NCBI GenBank assembly: GCA_001804415.1
Contig: MHGA01000017.1
Span: 18,390 to 82,389, forward strand
Direction of reading: 5' to 3'
DNA from: Candidatus Aquivivens invisus
GTDB taxonomy: Bacteria; Omnitrophota; Gorgyraeia; Aquiviventales; Aquiviventaceae
Length of the DNA stretch: 64,000 nt
Shown: positions 56,792-64,000 of the stretch, piece after piece
Position numbering within the stretch: the first letter of the stretch is position 1
How the letters are laid out: each line of letters opens with the position of its first letter
The notes under the pieces: generated by a model
Told to the model about the DNA's origin: nothing
Seen by the model: only the letters and a program-made list of their open reading frames with translations
The model's database searches: none
Position numbers and translations under genes: made by a program

Positions 56792-58075
56792 TCAATGGCT
56801 CACGGGTTTCTTGAGGGCGCGCCAGGCGATGTCTTTCCGATACGTCATCCCGTCAAATGCCAGCTGCCCGATCGCGTCGTAGGCCCGTTTCACCGCGCCT
56901 TCGATCTCGTCATCCACGGCGACGACGTTCAACGCCCTGCCACCCCAATTGACAAACCGTTCCCCGTCCCGCTTGGTTCCCGCGTGGAAGACCAGGACGC
57001 CCTCGCGGCCTTGGAGCCGTTCCAACCCGCGAATCTCTTTGCCGATTTGAAACTCACCCGGATAACCTCCCGAGGCCAGGACGACACACACGCAACTGCC
57101 CGCCTGCCACTCGCACCGATGCTGGCTCAACCGCCCTTCCACCGTGTCGTCCAACAGCGGCACGAGATCCGTCTTCAAGAGCGGCAAGATGGCCTGGATC
57201 TCCGGGTCGCCGAAGCGGACGTTGAACTCCAGCACCTTCGGGCCGTCGGCGGTGAGCATGATGCCGGCATAGAGCACGCCCTTGAAGAGAATCCCCTCGC
57301 TCACCAAGCCGTTGAGAGTCGGATGGATGACCTGCTCCATGAGCCCCTTGGCCAGCGTCCCGGTCACCACCGGCGCAGGGGCGTAGGCCCCCATGCCGCC
57401 GGTGTTCGGCCCCTTATCCCCGTCGAGCAGGCGCTTGTGGTCTTGAGAGGTCAGCAGCGGGATCGCCGTCGCCCCATCCGTCAGGACGATCATCGACACC
57501 TCCTCGCCCACCAACCGCTCCTCCACGACGATGCGCTCCCCCGCTTGCCGGAAGATGCGGTCTTCCATCAACAGGTCAATCGCGCCCAGGGCTTCGCTCA
57601 GGGTGTGCGCGACGATGGTTCCCTTCCCGCCGCACAACCCATCGGCTTTGATGACGATCGGCGCGCCCACCTGGCGCACGTACGAGCGCGCCGCCTGGGC
57701 GTCATCAAAGACGGCAAATTGCCCCGTAGGGATGTGGTATTTTTTCAGCAGATTCTTTGAGAAGGCCTTGCTTGATTCCAATCGCGCAGCGGATTTCGTC
57801 GGCCCGAAGATCCGAAGCCCCCGCTTCTCAAAGATGTCCACAATCCCTTTCGCCAGCGGCCCCTCAGGGCCCACGATGGTCAGGTCGATGTCTTTGGCCT
57901 CGGCAAACTCCGCCAGCGACTCGATGTCCTCGGCCCCGATATCGACGAGCTGCGCCAGCTCGCCGATGCCGCCGTTGCCGGGGGCGCAATACAGGCCACG
58001 AATCTCGGGCGACTGGCTCAGCTTCCACAGGAGCGCGTGCTCTCGTCCGCCTGATCCCACGACCAGAATCTTCAT
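56792..58075 (-). CDS. purD: Phosphoribosylamine--glycine ligase
   Basis: MKILVVGSGGREHAL.. and an ATP-grasp domain. Confidence 0.85.
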   Translation of the reverse strand: MKILVVGSGGREHALLWKLSQSPEIRGLYCAPGNGGIGELAQLVDIGAEDIESLAEFAEAKDIDLTIVGPEGPLAKGIVDIFEKRGLRIFGPTKSAARLESSKAFSKNLLKKYHIPTGQFAVFDDAQAARSYVRQVGAPIVIKADGLCGGKGTIVAHTLSEALGAIDLLMEDRIFRQAGERIVVEERLVGEEVSMIVLTDGATAIPLLTSQDHKRLLDGDKGPNTGGMGAYAPAPVVTGTLAKGLMEQVIHPTLNGLVSEGILFKGVLYAGIMLTADGPKVLEFNVRFGDPEIQAILPLLKTDLVPLLDDTVEGRLSQHRCEWQAGSCVCVVLASGGYPGEFQIGKEIRGLERLQGREGVLVFHAGTKRDGERFVNWGGRALNVVAVDDEIEGAVKRAYDAIGQLAFDGMTYRKDIAWRALKKPVSH

Positions 58076-58083
58076 GCCGTCAG

Positions 58084-58119
58084 TCTCCTCGTTCTTGTCA
58101 CTTGTCGCTTGTCACTTGT
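58084..58119. repeat. Single-arm heptamer repeat (CTTGTCAC TTGTCGC TTGTCAC TTGTTGC TTGTTAC) overlapping the purM stop
   Basis: It encodes the purM C-terminal ..QQVTSDK*. Confidence 0.6.
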
Positions 58120-59110
58120 TGCTTGTTACGCTCGATTGTGCCAACGGGCCATGCGGCAACCCCAAGACGCCGAAGGGTCGCAAGGACCGAGGTGGACGCC
58201 CGGGGCCGACACGACAAGGCCATGCCCACACCCATGTTGAACGTCCGGAACATCTCGTCCGTCGAGATCCTGCCCGCCCGCTGGATCGCGCCGAAGAGCG
58301 GCGGCACCGTCCATCGACCGGGCTGCCAGGTCACACGCAGCTCGGGGCGCTTCGCGACCAGCGATGGCAGCCGGCGCGCCAACCCGCCGCCGGTCACGTG
58401 CGCGATCGCCGTCACCGGAATCCGTTTGAGCAATGCGAGAACCGGTTTGACATAGATGCGCGTCGGCGTCAGCAACTCACGCCTCCATCGTTTCAGCTCC
58501 GAGAGGCCGAAGACCTTCCGCACGAGCGAGAACCCGTTCGCATGGATGCCGGACGACGCCAGGCCGATGACAATATCGCCTGCCCGCACCGCCGAGCCAT
58601 CGATCAGTTTCCGACGCTCCACGACGCCCACACAGAATCCCGCCACATCATAGTCCCCGTTGCGATAGACCCCCGGCATCTCCGCGGTCTCGCCGCCGAC
58701 CAACGCGCAGCCGCTTTGCTGACAACCCTTGACGATGCCGGCGATCAGCTCTCGCATCCGTCGCGGATTCAGCTTCCCCACCGCGAGATAATCGAGAAAA
58801 AACAACGGCCGCGCGCCGTAGACCACCAGGTCGTTCACGTTCATCGCCACGAGGTCGATTCCGATGCCTGCGTGGTCGCCCAACAACTCCGCCACCTTCA
58901 GTTTGGTGCCGACCCCGTCCGTGGAGGACACCAGCACCGGATCGCGCAATCCGCTCGGCAACCGCACCAGCGACGCAAACTGCCCTCTGTCCGGCAGCAC
59001 CTCCGGTCCGTGCGTCGACCGGATCAGCGGCGCCAACCGCGCCAGCGTCCGATCCGCCGCCTCGATATCCACCCCCGCCTGCCGATAGGTCGTTGCGGTC
59101 ACGATGTCCT
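58098..59110 (-). CDS. purM: Phosphoribosylformylglycinamidine cyclo-ligase (AIR synthetase)
   Basis: YRQAGVDIEAADR.. is the PurM N-domain and GGETAEMPGVY the C-domain. The start is probably a GTG near 59110. Confidence 0.8.
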
Positions 59111-59437
59111 CAACACGCCGGCGGCTTCCAACAGGCGTTGCGAGCCCTGTCGCGCCGCCTGCGCGATCGCTGAGGGATCCATACGACGTCCCCACTGCCG
59201 TTCCCACACCGCAAGATCACGCTGCAGCTCTGCCAACAGGCCTTGCTGTTCAATATCGCATGACGGCACCGCCCACTCGGTGAAGTATTTGCTTTCCCGG
59301 AGCACCGGCAGGGCTTGTTGTTGGTTCGCCTGTTCCGCGCACCAGGCAATCCGGTTGAGGTTCGAGGCCAACCCTCCCAGCTGGATTGAAACGCTGTCCC
59401 GCTGGTACCTCGCTCGACGCGTTTCCCAATCGTTCAT
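59099..59437 (-). CDS. Hypothetical protein (112 aa)
   Basis: ORF MNDWETRRARYQRDSV.. between purF and purM, with no recognisable motif. Confidence 0.35.
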   Translation of the reverse strand: MNDWETRRARYQRDSVSIQLGGLASNLNRIAWCAEQANQQQALPVLRESKYFTEWAVPSCDIEQQGLLAELQRDLAVWERQWGRRMDPSAIAQAARQGSQRLLEAAGVLRTS

Positions 59438-59775
59438 GATCGTTGTAGCAGGCGGCGGACGATCACGTCGACGCGCTGCCGAATCGTGCGATCCTGAATC
59501 TCCAGATTTGGATTCACTCGCGGACGGATGTTGATGAGCGCAGCATACCGGACGACCTGCTCGGCCGGCAGCCAATCCGCGCCCCACACGTTTTCGCGTC
59601 GACTGCCATCTTCAATCAGCACCGCTTCGCAGTCGGCATGGAACTCCCCACCGCCGACCAGGACGCCCCGTCGAATATCCACGGCCACCTTGATGTACGA
59701 TTCGTGGACTTCAAGCATTCCTTTGATCTGCTCATCCGTCGCTCGCTCACTCAGCAGATGGATCATCCTGTTCAT
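59434..59775 (-). CDS. Hypothetical protein (113 aa)
   Basis: ORF MNRMIHLLSERATDEQIKGMLEVHESYIKVAVDIRRGVLVGGGEFHADCEAV.. with no confident family. Confidence 0.4.
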   Translation of the reverse strand: MNRMIHLLSERATDEQIKGMLEVHESYIKVAVDIRRGVLVGGGEFHADCEAVLIEDGSRRENVWGADWLPAEQVVRYAALINIRPRVNPNLEIQDRTIRQRVDVIVRRLLQRS

Positions 59776-59789
59776 TAATCCAAAATCGA

Positions 59790-61208
59790 TTAGCAGCGGC
59801 CTTGGCCGGAGAATTTCTCCAGCGCGAACTTGTCGCCCTCCCCACCGAAGGGGATCGGGTACGTCCCGCTCCAGCAGGCGGTGCAGTAGTTGCCGGGCGG
59901 CTTGCTGACGGCCTTCAGCATCCCCTCCAGCGAGAGGTAGCCCAGCGTCGTCGCCCCGATGAACTTGCAGATCTCCTCGACGGACAGCCGGTTGGCGATG
60001 AGCTCCTTGCGCGTCGGGAAATCGATGCCGTAGAAGCACGAGTGCTTCGTCGGCGGGCAGCTGATGCGCATGTGGATCTCCTTCGCGCCAGCCTCCCGCA
60101 GGCTTTTGACGCGGGCCCGCGTCGTCGTCCCGCGGATGATCGAGTCGTCGATCAGCACGAGCCGCTTGCCCTTGACGATCGAGCGGATCGGATTGAACTT
60201 CACGCGCACCTTCAGGTCGCGGATCTCCTGCGCCGGCTGGATGAACGTGCGGCCGACGTAGTGGTTCCGGGTCATCCCCATCATGAACGGAACTTTCGAC
60301 TCGAGACTGAAGCCCAACGCGGCGAAATTCCCGGAGTCCGGGATCGGCATGACCAGATCCGCCTGCGCGGGATGCTCGCGCGCCAATTGCCGCCCGAGGT
60401 TCATGCGAACCGCCTGCACGTTTTCGCCAAAGATGTTCGAGTCCGGCCGCGCGAAGTAGACATGCTCAAAGAGACAGTGTGAGGGCTTAATCTCCTCGTT
60501 CTTGAAGGGATGCAGCGAGCGCAGACCGCCGGCGGTGATGACGACGATTTCGCCAGGCTCCACGTTGCGCACAAATTTGGCGCCGATGAGATCCAGCGCG
60601 CAGGTTTCCGAGGCCAGCACGTACGTCTTGTTGAGCCGCCCGATGCACAGCGGGCGGAATCCCTGCGGGTCGCGGCAGCCGATCAGCGCGCGCTCCGTGA
60701 GGAACAGCAGCGAAAACGCCCCTTTCAGCAGCCGCACGCATTCGACCAGATCGTCCTCGATCTCCTTGTTCGTCGACCGAGCCAGCAGGTGCAGGATGAT
60801 CTCGCTGTCGACGGTGGTTTGGAAAATCGAGCCGTTCGCCTCGAGCTGTTGGCGCAGCTCGTACGCGTTCACCAGGTTGCCGTTGTGCGCCACCGCCAAG
60901 GCACCCTTGGCGCAGCTGACCACCAGCGGCTGCGAATTCTTGAGGGTACTGGAGCCGGTGGTGGAGTAGCGCGTGTGGCCGATCGCCATGCGGCCGGGCA
61001 GCGCGCGCAGCGACTCTTCGCTGAACACCTCCGACACCAGGCCCATGCCTTTGTGGGTGCGCATCTCGCGGCCGTCGAACGTGACGATGCCCGCCGCCTC
61101 CTCGCCACGGTGCTGCAACGAATATAATCCCAGATACGTCAACCGCGCCGCGTCCCGGTGCCCGTAGATGCCGAAGAGCCCGCACGAATGCTTGACGGCC
61201 TCATCCAT
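59790..61208 (-). CDS. purF: Amidophosphoribosyltransferase
   Basis: CGLFGIYGH is the Ntn Cys1, and there is a PRTase domain with a C-terminal Cys cluster. Confidence 0.9.
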   Translation of the reverse strand: MDEAVKHSCGLFGIYGHRDAARLTYLGLYSLQHRGEEAAGIVTFDGREMRTHKGMGLVSEVFSEESLRALPGRMAIGHTRYSTTGSSTLKNSQPLVVSCAKGALAVAHNGNLVNAYELRQQLEANGSIFQTTVDSEIILHLLARSTNKEIEDDLVECVRLLKGAFSLLFLTERALIGCRDPQGFRPLCIGRLNKTYVLASETCALDLIGAKFVRNVEPGEIVVITAGGLRSLHPFKNEEIKPSHCLFEHVYFARPDSNIFGENVQAVRMNLGRQLAREHPAQADLVMPIPDSGNFAALGFSLESKVPFMMGMTRNHYVGRTFIQPAQEIRDLKVRVKFNPIRSIVKGKRLVLIDDSIIRGTTTRARVKSLREAGAKEIHMRISCPPTKHSCFYGIDFPTRKELIANRLSVEEICKFIGATTLGYLSLEGMLKAVSKPPGNYCTACWSGTYPIPFGGEGDKFALEKFSGQGRC

Positions 61209-61710
61209 GCGACGTGCCCCTCCGGATCACCCATCGCTCAAATCCCGTGCCGAGGAGAAAGTAGTACAGCGCGTTCGCCGCGACATTCGTCACCAGGAGG
61301 ACCGTCTGGGAGGCGATCGCGGCTCCGCCGATCAGCACCAGCAAGGTGAGCGGAGAGACCACCACAAACATCGACATCATCCACCGCGACATGAAGGACT
61401 GCATCATCGCCGCTGACTCGCTCCATAGCCCGCGGTGCTCCGCCATCACCACCATGACGGAAAGCGGAATGGCCAACGGAAGATAAATCATCACCAGCCA
61501 CGCGCCGGCGGAAAGCGGCATCCGCGACTTGACCGCCTTCCAGAGGCTCCACATGCTCAGGCACACCAGGATTCCAATGGTGTTCAAGATGCCAAACATG
61601 ACGGTGGGTTGAACCCACTCCTTCCCCATGCTGACCCAGCGAAGCGTGATGAACCCTGTCAGGGGAATGACGCTCCACAGTCCAAGCACAAAGAGGAGCA
61701 ATCGCCGCAT
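61201..61710 (-). CDS. Integral membrane protein of unknown function (4-5 TM)
   Basis: [21 protein letters not shown].. with several hydrophobic helices. Confidence 0.45.
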   Translation of the reverse strand: MRRLLLFVLGLWSVIPLTGFITLRWVSMGKEWVQPTVMFGILNTIGILVCLSMWSLWKAVKSRMPLSAGAWLVMIYLPLAIPLSVMVVMAEHRGLWSESAAMMQSFMSRWMMSMFVVVSPLTLLVLIGGAAIASQTVLLVTNVAANALYYFLLGTGFERWVIRRGTSHG

Positions 61711-63956
61711 TACGCGTGCGCTCCACCTGCGAGGCCTGCTCGCCACACGCGGCTCAACTGCTCCACCGTGAGGTCGATCCGCGGCCGGATCACCAGGCGG
61801 GTGCCCCCAACACGACCAAGCGTTGTCAGAGGAACACGGACGCGTTTCGCCAACGCCTCGATACGCTCCTGGTGATATCGCTCGCACGTCACGACAATCC
61901 GCCCGGCCGACTCGCCGAACAGGAGCGCATCTGGACGAAGTGACAGGTGACAGGTGACAGGTGACAGGTCAAGCGCTGCACCAATGAGATGCTCCGGCTC
62001 CGTGATGCAGCATTCGGCCAGCGCCACGGCCAGGCCGCCTTCGGAGCAATCGTGCGCGGATTTGATCAGTCCTCGATGCGCGAGCTCCAGCATGAGGTGA
62101 CCAAGCCGCCGCTCGCTCGGCAGATCGCACGCCGGCGGCCTGCCCTGTTTGCGGTGGTGGATGAGCTTGAGGTATTCGCTGCCGCCAAGCTCTTCCCTCG
62201 TCTCGCCGAAGAGCAGGATCGCGTCACCCTCCTGCTTGAAGCTCGCCGTGATCGGCTGCATTCCGCATTCCGCATTCCGCATTCCGCATTCGATCAACCC
62301 CACCATCCCGATCACCGGCGTCGGGTCGATGGCGCCGCGCGGGCTCTCGTTGTAGAAGCTCACGTTCCCGCCGGTGACGGGCGTGCCGAACGCCCGGCAC
62401 GCCTCGGCGATCCCGCGCACGCATTCCTTAAACTGCCACATCACCTCAGGGTCTTCCGGATTGCCGAAGTTCAGGCAGTCGGTGACCGCAAGCGGCTTCG
62501 CCCCGACGCACACCAGATTGCGCGCGGCCTCCGCCACCGCCAGCTTGCCCCCCTCATACGGATCGAGATAGCAGTAGGTGGCGTTCGCATCGGTCGTCGC
62601 CGCCAACAGCGCGCCGGTTCCCTTCACCCGCAAGACCGCGGCGTCCGCCCGGCCCGGCAACACGACGGTGTTGGTCTGGACCATGTGGTCGTATTGTTCA
62701 AAGACCAGGGCTTTGCTGGCGATGGTCGGTGCGCCCAGCAGTGCCAGCAGCGCCTCGCCATAGTCCCTTGGCTGAGAGACGGCCCGTAACGAGAGCCGCT
62801 GCGCTTTCGAGAGATACGCGGGACGCCTGGTGGGGCGTCGATAGACCGGAGCCTCGTGCGTCAGCGCGCCCACCGGAATCTCCGCGACGACCTGGTCGCC
62901 GTCCTTGACCCGCATGAGGTTTCCGTCCTTCACGCGTCCGATCTGAACCGCATGCAAGCCCCACTTGGCGAAGCGCCGCGCAACCTGCGCTTCCCGTCCG
63001 CGCTTGACAATGAGCAGCATGCGCTCCTGCGATTCGGAAAGCATCACCTCAAAGGGCGTCATCCCCTCTTCCCGGCGGGGGACCTTGGCCACGTCGATCT
63101 CGATGCCGCAGCGGCCTCGTGAAGCCGTCTCGCAGGTCGAGCACGTCAGGCCCGCCGCGCCCATGTCTTGAATGGCGATGACGTCACCGGTCGCCAGGAC
63201 CTCCAGGGTCGCTTCGAGCACGCACTTTTCCGCAAACGGATCCCCGATCTGCACCGCCGGCCGATCAGCCTCAGAGCCGTCGGTGATTTCCCGCGAGGCG
63301 AAGCTCGCGCCCCCCAATCCGTCCCGCCCGGTGGAGGAGCCGACATACACGACCGGGTTGCCCGCGCCGCGGGCTTTCGCCACGGCGATTGAGCCCCTCG
63401 GCACGATCCCGATGCACATGACGTTGACCAGCGGATTCTCGCGGTACGTCTCATCGAAGGCGATTTCCCCGCCGATGGTCGGCACCCCGACTGCGTTGCC
63501 GTAGTCGGCGATCCCTTTGACGACCCCGCCAAACAGAAACCTCGTGCGGCCCGATCCGTTCAACGGGCCGAACCGCAGGCTGTCAAACAGCGCAATCGGC
63601 CTGGCCCCCATCGTGAAGATGTCGCGCAGAATCCCTCCGACACCGGTCGCCGCTCCGGCGTGCGGCTCGACGGCGGACGGATGGTTATGCGACTCGATTT
63701 TGAACGCCACGCCTAACCCATCTCCGATGTCAATGACCCCTGCGTTCTCCTCGCCCGCACGAATGAGAACGCCCTTCCCTCTCGTCGGAAATGTCTTGAG
63801 GTAGATCTTGGAACTCTTGTACGCACAATGTTCGGACCATTGGACGCTGAAGATGCCGAGTTCCGTCGTCGTCGGAGCGCGTCCCAGGATCTTCACAATG
63901 CTCCGGTATTCGTCCTGCGTGAGGTTGAGTTTCTTCAGCAACGCCGCGTCAGGCAT
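61710..63956 (-). CDS. purL: Phosphoribosylformylglycinamidine synthase subunit PurL (FGAM synthase II)
   Basis: [26 protein letters not shown].., tandem AIR-synthase-like domains and the DxGxGG motif GDPF.. Confidence 0.85.
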   Translation of the reverse strand: MPDAALLKKLNLTQDEYRSIVKILGRAPTTTELGIFSVQWSEHCAYKSSKIYLKTFPTRGKGVLIRAGEENAGVIDIGDGLGVAFKIESHNHPSAVEPHAGAATGVGGILRDIFTMGARPIALFDSLRFGPLNGSGRTRFLFGGVVKGIADYGNAVGVPTIGGEIAFDETYRENPLVNVMCIGIVPRGSIAVAKARGAGNPVVYVGSSTGRDGLGGASFASREITDGSEADRPAVQIGDPFAEKCVLEATLEVLATGDVIAIQDMGAAGLTCSTCETASRGRCGIEIDVAKVPRREEGMTPFEVMLSESQERMLLIVKRGREAQVARRFAKWGLHAVQIGRVKDGNLMRVKDGDQVVAEIPVGALTHEAPVYRRPTRRPAYLSKAQRLSLRAVSQPRDYGEALLALLGAPTIASKALVFEQYDHMVQTNTVVLPGRADAAVLRVKGTGALLAATTDANATYCYLDPYEGGKLAVAEAARNLVCVGAKPLAVTDCLNFGNPEDPEVMWQFKECVRGIAEACRAFGTPVTGGNVSFYNESPRGAIDPTPVIGMVGLIECGMRNAECGMQPITASFKQEGDAILLFGETREELGGSEYLKLIHHRKQGRPPACDLPSERRLGHLMLELAHRGLIKSAHDCSEGGLAVALAECCITEPEHLIGAALDLSPVTCHLSLRPDALLFGESAGRIVVTCERYHQERIEALAKRVRVPLTTLGRVGGTRLVIRPRIDLTVEQLSRVWRAGLAGGAHA
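61940..61967. repeat. (GTGACAG)x4 tract inside the purL coding sequence, in frame
   Basis: It encodes ..[11 protein letters not shown].. within PurL. Confidence 0.65.
62258..62291. repeat. (GCATTCC)x5 tract inside the purL coding sequence, in frame
   Basis: It encodes ..[13 protein letters not shown].. within PurL. Confidence 0.65.
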
Positions 63957-64000
63957 GCGCGTGCGCCTCAATGAGCGACTCGAAGAGCAACCGCCCGTCA
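63954..64000 (-). CDS. 3' end of the upstream pur gene (partial; likely purQ or purS)
   Basis: The frame ends ..[11 protein letters not shown] with its TGA overlapping the purL ATG (ATGCCTGA). Confidence 0.3.

Noticed and set aside
3881-62291. Possibility that the tandem repeats are CRISPR arrays
   Set aside because: The repeat unit is 7-8 nt with no unique spacers of 25-50 nt between direct repeats. The arms are inverted, not direct. No cas genes are present.

Overview
High-GC (~65%) bacterial chromosomal segment from a diderm organism (bamA, skp and lpx genes are present). It is densely packed with housekeeping genes, most of them on the minus strand. The left edge carries the 5' part of a class II ribonucleotide reductase gene (nrdJ) interrupted by a LAGLIDADG homing-endonuclease intein, with two candidate NrdR boxes upstream. 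Moving rightward, a circularly permuted ATP-grasp gene, a DEDDy exonuclease-WYL fusion, an MBL-fold hydrolase and htpX lie head-to-tail on the minus strand. A divergent block then carries tldD, pmbA, a PHP-domain lipoprotein, an alpha/beta hydrolase, ispH and yjbQ. Next come two secreted amidohydrolases, cca and a thermonuclease. An ECF sigma/anti-sigma pair is followed by a 694-aa exported protein of unknown function. Further right are glpK-glpD, an M48 protease and rlmD. A rhomboid gene precedes the lpxI-lpxA-lpxC/fabZ-skp-bamA cluster. This is followed by dnaB-rplI-rpsR-ssb-rpsF-pth-rplY-prs-glmU, a tRNA-Gln, ispE and a split transketolase. A ~2.4 kb lower-GC island contains an IS1-family element, a ClpP-fold (SDH/S49-like) peptidase and a small basic protein, flanked by copies of a ~45-bp palindromic motif. 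The right side is a long minus-strand array: purL, purF, purM, purD, purE, tsaC, a LMW-PTP, rpiB, glyA, nrdR and an orphan receiver. The most unusual property is a set of short tandem-repeat hairpins found at more than 12 loci. Most are built from heptamers such as GTGACAG, GCGACAA, CAAGACN, GTCTCNT and GCATTCC. They fill intergenic gaps and overlap gene ends, where they supply signal peptides and VTSDK-stop tails. Two of them sit in-frame inside purL. There are no CRISPR arrays or rRNA genes. All calls come from reading motifs and translations by eye; no database searches were run.
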